A DNA stretch of 57,072 bases from NCBI GenBank assembly GCA_977017575.1, contig CDRNVI010000211.1:1-57072 (forward strand), read 5' to 3'. The notes below the pieces were generated by a model. The model was given only the letters and a program-made list of their open reading frames with translations. It made no database searches and was not told the DNA's origin. Source of the DNA: Paramoeba atlantica (Eukaryota; Protista; Discosea). Made by a program: the position numbers and the translations under genes. The stretch's first letter is position 1; each line of letters starts with the position of its first letter. Shown one piece after another: positions 1 to 11,580 of this stretch.

Positions 1-643
1 TATAGTTCTGGTGGTTGAAACGTGTGTATATCTAGGGTTGCCGTCCGAATAATAGACGTGATAAAGATTCCGAGAATGATGGTGTGCTCGGCTTCATTCA
101 TTGAACCAACGACTCACTGTGTCTCAATTTATTTGTGTTAAGTTAAATTATTGCGAGCGAGGCTTCATACACATCTTGTCGTGTATGTATCCTTCCTTTC
201 AAAGGATGTCTGTATCAAACTTCAATCATGTATCACGGTGTCTGCATAAATTATACGTTATGCAGTTGCAATATTTCGTTTGTATTTACTATTACTAACT
301 TTATTTATTTACTATAGTAACAGTATTTATTTTAGTTTTCCTAATTTTTCTCTAAATGAATTTCCCGACAGCATATTGAAGCCTTTTCAACATTCGACTT
401 GTTCGGATGCTGTAGAGACCACTTCTTGCGTGTCGTCGGCCCCTTCAGGGGGGTGTGCCTGAGTATTCATGAATGTGCCTCTTTTTTCTGGCCTTCATGG
501 TGCCAGGCCTGCCATGGCGCGTCTACTGCGCCGTGATAATGACGGGTTGGTGGACCCTCTCTGGGTAAGCCCAGATTAGGACTACCAACCCTGACATTTT
601 TGGCTCAAATCCTCCCTTTTTCTTCAGCTTTCGAAACAAATTT

Positions 644-758
644 TTCTTTTTTAGGCTCTTCGTCAAACGCGGTGGTATTTTTCAACGCGAAGCGCGCAGC
701 ATGAGGGACTTCTAAGTTGAAAACAACCACCGCGTTTAACGAGGAACCTAAAAAAGAA
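644..758 (-). repeat. ~115-bp palindromic hairpin element (family H), copy 1
   Basis: Arms ttcttttttaggctcttcgtcaaacgcggtggtatttttcaac and gttgaaaacaaccaccgcgtttaacgaggaacctaaaaaagaa flank a ~30-bp asymmetric core. Homologous copies at 37977, 46682 and 55817. Confidence 0.85.
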
Positions 759-762
759 TTTA

Positions 763-2533
763 GAGTAACCCGGGGTGTGGAATAATTTTTAAATGCGGAT
801 TAATATTTAAAGTCTCTTTAATATTTAAACTGCAAGTTAATATTTAAATTTTATTTAAATATTACTATCCCCCCCCTTTTTACCAAAGCCTCTCGCAGAA
901 TGTAAAAGATTCCAAAAAAGGTCTTATACCCCACATGAATGCTTTCATTGCTGAAAAGTGGTCAAACGAACGATTTCAAGTATGCCACAAAGAGCAATTG
1001 CTTTCTTGGGGTTCGATTGATCGTAGCAAAGGGATGCGTAAAGCACACCACAAGAAACACCCATTGTTGCGCACCAAAGAAGTCCTTGAAGGTTACATAC
1101 GAGGCAGACGTCATTCGAATGCACTTGTTACTTTTGAAAACGTTAAATCAGAAGCAATTCGAATTCTCCGACGACAACCCGAGGCCCAGCAGCACAACAT
1201 TCGCACTGTTAGTGATTCTTGGGTATCCAGGTTTTTGCACCGATACGCATTCAGTCAACGCATTGTGCAAAAAAACGCAACTTTCTAGGGAGCAACTTCG
1301 GGAAAAGGTGGGAAGTTTTTTTACTTTCATTTGCTGCTCTCTGAGAACAAAACTTTTCAGCTGTATCTTCAATTTCGATGAAATACCGTTGTCCCCTAGA
1401 GGATCCATGAAATCCTTGAAGACCGTCTCTGAAAAAGGAGAAAAAGATGTACACGCTTTGGTGAATCCGGCTGACGAAAAGAGGTGCGCCACCCTAATTT
1501 CCGGTGCAGGCCTGGTGCTCGACGACGCTGGAAATCCCGTGAGTCAATTTTTTATCCGTCCTGTAATAATATGGAAAGGTACAAGTGCAATGCGCCATAG
1601 TGACATTGACAGTCGTACAGTTCAAGCTTTCACGCCAAAAGGGGTTGTAAATACGGAATATATGCTGAAGTATTTCATTCCCCACCTTAAACAAGACTTT
1701 TCGCAGCTTGGATGTAACGCTCCGGTGCTTTTCATAATGGATTCTTGCCGGGCTCATTTGACTTCTCAGGTTCTACGTACTTTTAAAGGAACCATAAAGC
1801 CTACCCGGTAGTAGTACCAGGTGGCACAACAGACCAAGTTCAGTGGGTTGATGTTTTCTACGCCTCTAAGTGCAAGTCCGCCCATCTTACATTATGGGAA
1901 AAAGAACATTATACCAAGCGCACAGCCTCTCAAAAAAGGGTGTGGCTACACTCTGTCGTTGCACGCGCTCACACCCGGACTACCGAATGCATGGACATCG
2001 CCAAGCACTTTCGTTCGTTGGGGTATCTGAATCCTTCGCTGGCGGAACTCCGATCACCCCATCTTTCTGGTTTTCGATTCGTAGCACCTGAAAATGAAAC
2101 CTTGAGCATTGAGGAGCACAAAAAACGAATTTCTGAGTCCTTTCAAAGTGGTTCAAATTTGTCGCAAAAGGGGCTTCTGGACAACTTCATAAAAATAAAG
2201 AAAGGCTAACCTTGAAAGTAGAGTAAAGCAACTCGAGAAGAAGAAGCTTATAAATTATTATTTATTATATTTTTACCTCCTAATATTATAAAGTTTATTA
2301 TATTTCTACATTCGAGTGTCAGCGTGTGAGACCCAAAACGAGATCACGCGCGATCATACCCGCAGCCCTTCATTCACAAAAAAAAGAACATACCTTGAAG
2401 AACATTCTGGAATTCAAATATTAATCTGCTTGCACATTAATATTCAAATCGTTTTCTCTTGCAGGTTACTATTTAAATTGCGGATTAATATTTAAATTGG
2501 AATGTAAATATTAATCCGCACCCCGGGTTACTA
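763..2533 (+). mobile_element. pogo/Tigger-like DNA transposon, full length but decayed
   Basis: Terminal IRs (G/T)AGTAACCCGGGGTG(T/C)GGA flanked by TA (761-762, 2534-2535). Subterminal ATTAATATTTAAA repeats at both ends. Contains a DDE_1-type transposase relic. Confidence 0.85.
935..2209 (+). pseudogene. pogo-family (DDE_1) transposase, frameshifted
   Basis: CENP-B-like HTH end (VSDSWVSRFLHRY) in 935-1288. NFDE, IIWKG and VLFIMDSCRAH in the 939-1811 frame. VVPGGTTDQVQWVD follows a 1-nt frameshift near 1808. Confidence 0.85.
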
Positions 2534-2859
2534 TATTTTTTTTTGAAATACTAAGTACTATAAACTATATAAAGTTTTATAAGTTTTATAAAATTTTAAG
2601 GACCCCTGATTAAAAATGAGGCGTTCCTTGTCTGCGCGAAAGGAGGAGGCGGGGAGAGAAAAAGAGGAAAGCACTTGTATAGAAGAAGGGGAAATCTCTG
2701 ATGGGGAAGAGGGGGAAAGCTCTAGCCTGGAAGAGGAGGAAATCACTTGTGGAGAAGAGGGGGAAAGCTCTTATGGGGAAGAGGGGGAAAGCTCTGATGG
2801 GGAGGAAGAGGAAGATAACGAGAAAGCCATATTAGACAAAGGGTCTGTGACCCTACGTG

Positions 2860-3434
2860 CAAAACTGGACGATTTTTTTGAAATATGCGAGAAGAGAATC
2901 ATTGACTTAATTGCAATGACCACTCATAATGCCTCTAATGCGCAAGGAGTGGCTAGAAAGACTCCCGGTGATCGAACAGACGAAGCGTCTAAGGTTTTCA
3001 CCGAACGCCATGCTTCTATTCTACCGTGCTGGCCGCACGTTGTCCAACTTTTGTGCAATGACATTGTATCCGATACCCATTGACCTTGCTGGCGGGCTAG
3101 CTCTCTTTTGCCAGAGTGGAGTATGTGTCTATCTCCTTGCGACGAGTTTGAATTGAATTCGTCAGTAGATTACGTCATTGAAAAAACCGTTAAATGGTTA
3201 ATATTTGCGAATGTAGAAATGGTTGTGGCCGATATATCGTCTCACTACAATGTTGCTGATATCGGAACACGACCACTTATGAATTACTCGGAAGATGTTA
3301 AAGCTCGTTTGTCCAGCACTGTAAGCCGCTTGCGATGGTCGCTGTCTCAATACATAGATAAGGCTGTGACGTACGTACCACGCAATGAATTTCTTGTGGA
3401 TGGTGGCCTTGATAACAAAAAAGATGGTAATTGA
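2860..3434 (+). pseudogene. hAT-like transposase fragment
   Basis: ORFs 2616-3083 and 3108-3434 share a frame (stop at 3081-3083). Degenerate hAT motifs: IAMTTHNASN (tDNaxN), CWPHVVQLL (CxxH) and DIGTR (TRW). Preceded by GEEGESS low-complexity repeats. Confidence 0.6.
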
Positions 3435-3662
3435 AGTCTGGCATCAAATAATAACAATAAGCTACACTTCATGTTGAAGGCCAGACATCAACACAAAAAC
3501 TGCAGCACGTGCAAACGTACTTTTCATCGACGTATCACAAAAGTGAAGCAAAGAGTCCAATAGGGTTTGAGAAAGTCGAAGGAATAACAATCAACCCGCC
3601 TTTGCGCTGCCCCCAACGTCGCCCCTTCCGGTGTCCTCTCCGTCGGGCACTCCGAAATTTCG

Positions 3663-3770
3663 GCACCCGGCGTCAATAAGACAAGACGCTACATGCCTAG
3701 GGTGCTTGAAATCTTTTGGGGAGGCACTACCCAGCACCAGTAAAACAAGGTGCCAAACAACTAGGGTAGT
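3663..3770 (+). ncRNA. Two copies of the structured RNA module (outer stem, 6-bp inner stem, A-rich loop, 9-nt bulge ending CUA)
   Basis: gcaccc-ggcgtc-aataagacaa-gacgct-acatgccta-gggtgc and actaccc-agcacc-agtaaaacaa-ggtgcc-aaacaacta-gggtagt. Same geometry as the units at 45201-45451 and 52396-52642. Confidence 0.65.
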
Positions 3771-4499
3771 ACTCCTTCCCACCTTCTTTGAAGGCGCGCG
3801 GAGGGCTGGTTGTCCCTCACGTAGGGACCGCTGATTAGTGTGTCGCCTAGCCTCACTGCTTCTCCGACACCCGTTCACTGTGAAGTGCCAGCCGTGGCTT
3901 GCTACGGCTGGCTTGCCCGCCGGTCCGCAAGGACCGGTCGTACGCATCGGAGTAACATCCGAGCCGTCGGGCCCCCTCGCGTGGACGGTGGAGGGCCCAT
4001 AGCCTGTAAAGGCCAAAAGGGTGCAAGAAACAACAGCAATAACAATAATAGAAATGAACTACTCCTCCTCCATAAGTAATTATAAATACACCTCAAACTA
4101 GCACTTTTACTCCCTTGTGACTTATAATTCCAATGCCTTTCATAAGTAAATATAAATGCAACTCCGATCGATTCGATCGATAATTTTTTTTGTCTCATAT
4201 TTTTTTTGTTTTCTTTTTTTGTTGATTTCTGATGAGCTTGACAACCTTGCTGAGATTGGAGTGGAACGACTGAAAGATGTGCAACGATTAGTGAGTTGGG
4301 CTTTATTCAATAAAGCCCATTTCTTACAATTACATTTTCGAATTTCAGTAGATTCATACACTGGGGGACACTGGGGGTACTAGGTTCGTCTGCTCAATTT
4401 TATGCCAAAAAGGTGAAATTTCTTAAAAAAAACTTGCAATTGACGTTTTTGATCCTCTTACCATTTTATGATACTGCTAATTACACGGGAAACGATATA

Positions 4500-6242
4500 C
4501 AGTGGTTTCAGTTGATCTTGCCCCCCCCCTCGGAATTTTGATTTTTTTTATCCATTTTTGCTCATCTTTGCAGCATTGGACAGATCTCGTTCCCCTAGCG
4601 AAGAGCTTTGCCGCCTTTTTTTCATAGAGACCCCCTGGTGCCCCTTGGGTGACCCGAAAGTTGACCAAAATAATAAAAAATGATATTTTTTTACCATATC
4701 AAAAATGGAACGAAAAACGGATTTTATGTCCAAAAGTTAACTCTAAAGGAAAAGAACTAGTATCCGGAATGGCCTCCATTGTTTTGCAACACTTTTTGAA
4801 GTCTATTAGGGACTGAATCAATTGTGTTGCACACTTTACGTTTTTCTTGTGGACGTTTTAGAATCTGAAAAGCTTTTTTAATGGCATCGGCGAGGGTAGC
4901 ATGATTGTGGGGCTTAATTTTTTTCTTTATGATACCGTTCATTTGTTTCCAAACATTTTCTATTGGATTTGAATCAGGCGAATTCGCTGGCCAAGACAAT
5001 TGTTTAATACGATATTTAATCAATTCACCTTTTGCCAAGTTATGGGTGGTAGCATTATCCATTTGCACAGTCACATTGTCAACGTGGTCTTTGAGATAAT
5101 GTAAAAACCCATTAGGCTTCTGAAACGAGTCAAGGATCACTCCCCCAGTGACCTTGTGCACGTTTTCATAAGTTGTATTGTCATTGGGTTCAAACACGTG
5201 CAAGAAAAATCCGTGTTCTACACTAATACCCATCCAAGCCATTACCCCCTTCCCCCCATACCACCTACGGTTTCTGCAGCGAGGTTTTCTTTGGCACCCT
5301 TTAGGTCCAATGAAAAACTGAGACCCATGAACCCCACAGGTAAACAACTTTTCATCGGTCCAAATGATTTTGTTTAAATCTTCTTTAGGCCATGTAAGCA
5401 ATTCGTTTGCTAATCTCAAACGCTGCGACTTGTGTTCCTCAGTTAGGTCACAGTTCGGCGACTTAGCCCATCTACCGTAATCAATATTTTTCAAAATAGT
5501 TCTTATTTTGTTTAACGAACATTTATACCCCATATTCAGCACTTGCTCGTGTATCCAAGTATAAGTTAAGCAACCATCGTACGTTTCGTTTTCATCATCC
5601 ACAATTTTTTTTACAAGGTCCTTAAACCGCCTTGATGATTTTTTTCCTGGGGATTTTTGGGGTGTAAGATCTTCTCCTTCCTTCCACAGGTTAACAATTC
5701 TTCTTATGGTGCGACGGTCACGTCCGAAATTATTAGATAATTCATGTATGCTTAATCCCTTTTTGTGTTGCTTTATTATTTCTTTTCTCTCGCAAAGAGG
5801 TAATGCCACGGTTCCTTTGTGGGATATTGGGGGATTGTCTTCTCTTTTGTCATTCCATCCTTGTACGTACTCCCCCTGTTTGGGGTTAGAGGGTCTAGTC
5901 TGCATAATGTAGAGGTGTTGACTATATTAAATTAGGCGATAGGGATGGTACTAGACATTTAGAGCTTTCAAATTATCAATTTAGAACACTATTACTCGTA
6001 CTTACATGTTCAAAATGTACAAAAAAATCGGGAAAATGTGACAAAAAATGGTTGTGTACACAGAAGACGTCAAAAAAACAGTGTTTTTCGGACCCAGGGG
6101 GCACCAGAGGGTCTCTATGAAAAAAAGGCGGCAAAGCTCTTCGCTAGGGGAACGAGATCTCTCCAATGCTGCAAAGATGAGCAAAAATGGATAAAAAAAA
6201 TCAAAATTCCGAGGGGGGGGGGAAGATCAACTGAAACCACTG
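4500..6242 (-). mobile_element. Intact Tc1/mariner element with ~155-bp TIRs and TA TSD
   Basis: Near-identical TIRs beginning CAGTGGTTTCAGTTGATCTT at 4500 and ending at 6242. TA at 4498-4499 and 6243-6244. One uninterrupted transposase ORF. Confidence 0.95.
4757..5905 (-). CDS. Tc1-family transposase, 382 aa, DD32E
   Basis: N-terminal HTH (LSIHELSNNFGRDRRTIRRIV), WTDEK, QMDNATTH, WPANSPDSNPIENVW and the C-terminal NNGGHSGY. I counted 32 codons between the second D and E. Confidence 0.93.
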   Translation of the reverse strand: MQTRPSNPKQGEYVQGWNDKREDNPPISHKGTVALPLCERKEIIKQHKKGLSIHELSNNFGRDRRTIRRIVNLWKEGEDLTPQKSPGKKSSRRFKDLVKKIVDDENETYDGCLTYTWIHEQVLNMGYKCSLNKIRTILKNIDYGRWAKSPNCDLTEEHKSQRLRLANELLTWPKEDLNKIIWTDEKLFTCGVHGSQFFIGPKGCQRKPRCRNRRWYGGKGVMAWMGISVEHGFFLHVFEPNDNTTYENVHKVTGGVILDSFQKPNGFLHYLKDHVDNVTVQMDNATTHNLAKGELIKYRIKQLSWPANSPDSNPIENVWKQMNGIIKKKIKPHNHATLADAIKKAFQILKRPQEKRKVCNTIDSVPNRLQKVLQNNGGHSGY

Positions 6243-6244
6243 TA

Positions 6245-6351
6245 TATTCCACCAGAGGGCTATGTGAGAGCTCTCAAATGCGCTATTATTTTCCAAAATT
6301 GGCCGAGTATTAAAATTTTTAGACCTCCCCCAGATCGAGCTGATCCCCCTG
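6245..6351. mobile_element. Right terminus of an older TA-element hosting the intact Tc1
   Basis: GAGAGCTCTCAAATGCGCTATTATTTTCCAAAATTGG box, then gatccccctg-TA. An uninterrupted homolog lies at 23405-23528. Confidence 0.75.
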
Positions 6352-6810
6352 TAGTTCATTTATTCTCTTTTCGCTCTTTGGTGCCCACACACCGGCCCCC
6401 TACGCCGGCCGGGCGGAGAACGTTTAGTTTGACTCCAAAATATATCTTTTCCTTACTTGTTGATATATAACTGGATAACTAAATTTTACCCCTCCCCCAT
6501 GCCCCCCGTTACCCCGAGAGGAAGAAGAAAAGAAGACCCCCCTTGTTTCGCACGCCCGCTTCGTCGCCCTGTCTGCCGCCCTCCTCGCCCGCCCTGTCTA
6601 GAATCATCATCATCATCATGAAGAGTACTAGTGTGAAATTCCAAGTTTTACCCCTCTCCAGGTTCACTAGGTTCACATCCATAAGTAATTATGGTTATAA
6701 TTATAAATTCAAAAGAATTATAATTTATACTTATAATTACTTATGGAGGGGGGAGTAAACGTTACCTGATCTCAAGGACCTGTCTACAGGTCCTACAAGG
6801 TCTAGGTGTA

Positions 6811-7574
6811 CACCCCTGGGCAGCTTCACTTACCCCCCCCCTACAGGTCTTGCATTTTGTTCGATTTCGGAAATATTTGGTATGGGACTGTTTTTCGCTC
6901 CGATCGTCTCGAATCCGCGATCGTTTTCACTCGAGCGACCTTGATTTGCTCCGAGACCTTAAAATGTTTGTCCAAAAAGTCAATTTTTTTTTTGCCCACC
7001 CTAGAAAAATCGACTTTTTTTCCGTTTTTTCCTCAATGGTCAAACGATATCGGGCTTCTTCCCTCCCGAATCAGCGTATTTCACCAGAAAAGCGAACTCT
7101 CATCATAGCACGCTACAAGGAACTAAAATCCCTACGTGCTGTAGCTAATGAGCTCAAACTTTCCAGGAATGTTTTTTTTCTCCAGGAATTCGATGTTTTA
7201 TCAGGAGTACATGTCGATAAATTAAGAAATCCATTTAAAGACTTCCGCAAACGACTTAAATTGGTGGTAGAAAAGAAAGGTTATCACATTGGTTATTGAA
7301 TACGTATTCAGCGTCTTTTTTGCGTTCTCTAAGCATGATTTACTTTTTTAAAAACATAAAAAAATATTTAAAAGCAAAAAAAAAATTCAAAAAAAAAGTG
7401 TACACCCTCAAAAATTGTCTAGTCATTTTAGTAAAAAAATATTATTCCAATCATGAAAAGGACCACGGATTCGAGACGATCGGAGCGAAAAACAGTCCCA
7501 TACCAAATATTTCCGAAATCGAACAAAATGCAAGACCTGTAGGGGGGGGGGGTAAATGAAGCTGCCCAGGGGTG
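6811..7574 (+). mobile_element. Non-autonomous Tc1 deletion derivative (764 bp)
   Basis: ~110-bp TIRs CACCCCTGGGCAGCTTCA flanked by TA. The internal reading joins an HTH (LRAVANELKLSR) to a Tc1 C-terminus (RLKLVVEKKGYHIGY). Confidence 0.9.
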
Positions 7575-8026
7575 TATATGCATGTACACCCTTCAAAAGG
7601 TCCTGGGAAGGACTACGTCTCCCCCCATGTGGATAAAGGATACCGGCTTTACAGTTTCGTGGAAACCGGCACAACGGGAAGGCGGTGCCCAGATGCCTCC
7701 TGGGCTGCACTCCCAACCAAGACCCAAACACGTGTCGTTAGTCACGCCCTTTCAGTAATGCAACAAACTTCCGTTTAACGGCCTAGCCGTCAAACACTGA
7801 TACAAATATCAGAGTAGATATTCTTGCACGCCCTGACAAAATGCGCCCCCTCATTAATAAATATAATTATAATCTATAAACCTTTTTAGTTTATAATATG
7901 CAGTATGCAAAAAAAACTGTTGACATGTTTGACACTTTTTTATTGTTGGTGTTTCCCTGTGGCCAGGGAATGTCGTGTGCATTGAAATAGTATATCAGAG
8001 TAGTGTACGCGTGGGTACTAGGTATA

Positions 8027-8798
8027 CAGGGGGGGCCACGAAAACTGACAAGGTCCGCATTTTAGCGTCCTGAGGCCGTTTGAGCTGATTTTTGTTGCAA
8101 ACGAGAGATCTTGTTCTGAATATCGTGTCTACGCTATTTAAAATACAAAAACGTTCGCCGGAAAACATTTCCAATGAGTTACAAAAGTGAAATTTTAAAG
8201 ATTTTGCAATTTGAAAAACGGGTCTAAAATTCGTAATTTTTACGTAACACGGCCCAAAAAGTTCCCAGAAAGTAGGTCTTAATAGCCAGTATTCCCACCT
8301 CCACGCTCACGTAGTATAGCGTGGCTCGGAACTCCTCCGTATCAACGCCGTTATCGCGCGAGTAGGGTGCACGTGCCACGTCACCTGACTCATCGAAACG
8401 CGCTTTGTACCGAGAGACAGAGCTCTCTGAACAGTTCATCATACGTGCCGTATCCGGAATAGATGTCCCACGGTGTCTTTCGTGTGCGCAGACAATGCGC
8501 ACAGGATATGAACACTGTTCTGGTGATAGCTGGCGACGGTTTAGTCTATTCCGTTTGCCCATAGTAAGGTAAAAAGAAGAAAAAATAGCCTTTTTTACGT
8601 TTTTCGATACTTTTTGCAAAATACTTTGCCCAAAATTTTCAATATTTTGTAAATATATTTTTTTTGATTAGCAGAAACGGGCTCCAAATAGCGTAGACAC
8701 GATATTCAGAACGAGATCTCTCGTTTGCAACAAAAATCAGCTCAAACGTCCTCACGAGGCTAAAATGCGGACCTTGTCAGTTTTCGTGGCCCCCCCTG
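8027..8798 (-). mobile_element. Non-autonomous Tc1 deletion derivative (772 bp)
   Basis: ~115-bp TIRs CAGGGGGGGCCACGAAAACTGACAAGG flanked by TA. Minus-strand ORF 8224-8619 keeps only the HTH (TSIPDTARMMNCSESSVSRYKARFDESGDV). Confidence 0.9.
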
Positions 8799-9629
8799 TA
8801 TGTTGCCATAGAGCTTCCGACTCAATCGGCTTTGTAACAAAAGTGTGATCGTATGCAAGTAAAGAAAAACATGTGAACAGTTCTTTTGCAATTTCGAGGT
8901 AAGATTTTTTAGGCGAAAAACACAATTTACTGATGCATAAAAACGAAGCATGTACCTTCAAATGAATACTAGCGGAACTCTTTCTTGTGCCTTGATTGAT
9001 GTCTATATGCGCCTACGCATGCTGTCGACCAAGGAATGGCTTAACCTTGTGGTATGCTTGCTTCATTCCTATTTGACCTGACTTTAGAGCTCCAGAACAC
9101 CTGTGAATCGAGTTGCGCGACTCGTTAATTGTTCTTTTTGGATGTTCTGTGTATGTATTCTGGGGCTCCGAGGTGCGCCTAATGGGCTGTACATTCTAAA
9201 ATCGTGTAAATCTCATTAACAGAGAAAATATTAATGAGAGGGAGGTAGTAACTGTAAAACATTCACCGAAAAAAACATTCTCCCAACAATAATTTACTCC
9301 TATGAAAAGGGTGATGAAGAAAAGGTTGCAGGGGGAATATGCACGAGCAAAGCGACCAATACATGAGCATGGCCGCCGTTCAAACGTTTGTATTACCAAT
9401 TCTCTGAATATGAGAATATGTAATTAATATTTAGAAAAGACATACAATACTCAAATTAACACTATCTTATTCAATAATAACACAATATTATTTAAATCGG
9501 GCCGTCTAATTCTATAATATTTAGTTCCCAATTTGAGTGATATCCCACCGCAAAATTTAACTATTTCTTTGTCAAGTATTTTTTGTATGCTGAGTTTTTT
9601 CGTGCCTATTTCCCATTATAGAGATCACT

Positions 9630-10352
9630 TTACCTACATATTCCACAAACACGCGGGATCGGTCTGTCGCGTGTCATCTCACCATTGCTTACCGTAATCT
9701 TTGTTCGCGCTACAGTATAATACAGATTTTTTAACTCGTCTCTGATATTTAGGAAGCCTTCAAGTTCTGCATTAAAAGCTAAAATTATGTCGCGCATGTT
9801 TTCGTGCACGAAATCGAATTCAACATGACCAGAAAATTTATTGTCAGACATATTAAGATAGACTAGAAAGGGTGGCAGGTGACGAAAATCTGGAGTACCC
9901 GTGAACTGGTTGTTGGATATGTTAATGAATTCCAGTTTCGGAGGCAACTGATCGAAGAGAAACTCACCCGACAGGAAGTTGTTCTGTAGGCTTAAGTTTC
10001 CCAACTCGGACGGCAAATATTTTACATTCAGCCGACCTTGCAGTTTCTTGCTAATGTCTTCGCCCATTCTGCCACACCAGTTTATTGAAATCACGTCGCC
10101 CTTGTCGTTACATCTGACTCGGTCCCATCTGCATCCCGGGGTATCGGTGGACCATGAGCGTGGAGGGATTTCTACGAGTCTTATCAAATCGTACTCCACG
10201 GGTAGCGACACGGCACTGACTTTGGATGGACGAGATGTTCCAGTCACATTAGAACTACTCGTTGAAAGTGTCGTGTCGGATGAGTTCGTTTCTATCCAGG
10301 CTTTCTTTCTTAACGGTTCCGTTACATCGGCCGAGAGCATAGAGACAATCAT
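9630..10352 (-). CDS. LRR protein subfamily A, copy A1 (240 aa)
   Basis: LPVEYDL motif, cap WSTDTPGCRWDRVRC, and LPxxLxxLxLxxNxFSG repeats. Highly similar to A2 and A3. Confidence 0.9.
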   Translation of the reverse strand: MIVSMLSADVTEPLRKKAWIETNSSDTTLSTSSSNVTGTSRPSKVSAVSLPVEYDLIRLVEIPPRSWSTDTPGCRWDRVRCNDKGDVISINWCGRMGEDISKKLQGRLNVKYLPSELGNLSLQNNFLSGEFLFDQLPPKLEFINISNNQFTGTPDFRHLPPFLVYLNMSDNKFSGHVEFDFVHENMRDIILAFNAELEGFLNIRDELKNLYYTVARTKITVSNGEMTRDRPIPRVCGICR

Positions 10353-10451
10353 AATTACAAATACAAATCAAGAAAAAAGAAAATTTCAGAGCAAATGCGG
10401 AGAAAATGCACCCGAAAAAGAAGAATTTCGCCTGCGGCGCATTTTTATTTT

Positions 10452-10558
10452 TTTAACACAGATTTCTGTCGGGCCAAATATTTTCGAGTTAACACAGATT
10501 AATATCATACAGATTAATGTTCTCCAGATTAGTATTACACAGAAAAATGTCCCCCCTG
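10452..10558. mobile_element. Solo TIR-like terminus with CAGATTA subrepeats upstream of A-type LRR genes
   Basis: Ends cccccctg-TA like other Tc1 termini here. Near-identical copies end at 15106, 18019 and 22680. Confidence 0.65.
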
Positions 10559-10964
10559 TACACCTTTAATATAGCTTTATAGAATATAAAGCTCCCAGAT
10601 AAGGTAGCGCGGGATGAGCATTATGTGAATTTACACGAGTATGTGAATTTACATGCCCAGATAAGGGACTTCGAACGTCAACGCGGTGGTGTTGAAATCG
10701 AGTTGCAAAAAAATGGGTAAAAGAATGGGAAGAGGGGACTCTCGGCATAGCCGCGGAGCTTTATCCCAAATTGCAGACGCCATCAGCGAAGAACGGAAGC
10801 TACAAGAAGACTACAGGCGCATTAATCTCCTCGGGGAAGACGCCCCACTAATCTCCTCGGGTGACACGCCTCTGTTATCTCCCCGGGGAACGCGCCCACT
10901 AATCCACGTGGGGAAAGCTCCCCACCAATCCACCTGGGGAACTCGCCCCACTAATCTTGGGGAC

Positions 10965-11085
10965 CCCCCTATTTAGCGGGGGTCGCGCGAGCGACCCCTG
11001 ATAAATGGGGGGCAGGTGGTAGTTGTCTTGGGGAATATGAGAGGCCGAACGCACGGAGGGGCCGGCCGGGCCACTGAGTCTGACG
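10965..11085 (-). repeat. GC-rich dispersed module
   Basis: The reverse complement matches 37493-37618 (gcgcgacccccgctaaatagggggg...tcagtggcccggccggcccctccgtgcg). Confidence 0.85.
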
Positions 11086-11430
11086 TTAGTGGGAAGTAAT
11101 TTGCGAAGCCCAACTTTTCCATCATACCCGACCCCTAGAAAAGCCAAGACTTTGTTTACCCGTCGGCAAGACAAAAATGTGTGTCGTTAGTGGGAAGTAT
11201 TTTGCGAAGCCCAACCTTTCCATCATATCCAACCCCTAGAAAAGCCAAGACCTTGTTTACCCCGTCTGCAAGACAAAAATGTGTGTCGCTAGTGGGAAGC
11301 AATTTGCGTAGCCCAATTTTTCCATCATACCCAATCCCTTACAAAGCCAAGATGATTGAAGCCCAACTTTTCTGACTGAGCCCAACTTTTCCACCATACC
11401 CAACTTGTAATAAAGCCAAGACCTTTTGAA
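11086..11430. repeat. ~100-bp tandem repeat, about 3.5 units
   Basis: g(t/c)tagtgggaag...gcccaac...ccatcatac...aaagccaag recurs at 11086, 11186 and 11288, with a partial unit after. Confidence 0.85.
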
Positions 11431-11580
11431 GCCCATACACGTAAAGAAAACGACATTCAATGCAAGAACGCACACGAAATGCAAATATCCAATACAAACA
11501 AGGCCCGCGCAGTTTCATAGGAAATTAGTGTTTTATGACACAATATTTGAAGGAAGAAGCCCACGCACACGAAATGAGAT

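Noticed and set aside
2616-2830. Acidic GEEGESS-repeat protein
   Set aside because: It is a purine-rich short tandem repeat read in frame with a hAT fragment, with no support for an independent gene.
9196-9399. Conserved ~65-aa minus-strand ORF in A-type 3' flanks (also 13335 and 21336)
   Set aside because: No ATG start, variable ends and no domain. The conservation is explained by recent DNA duplication.
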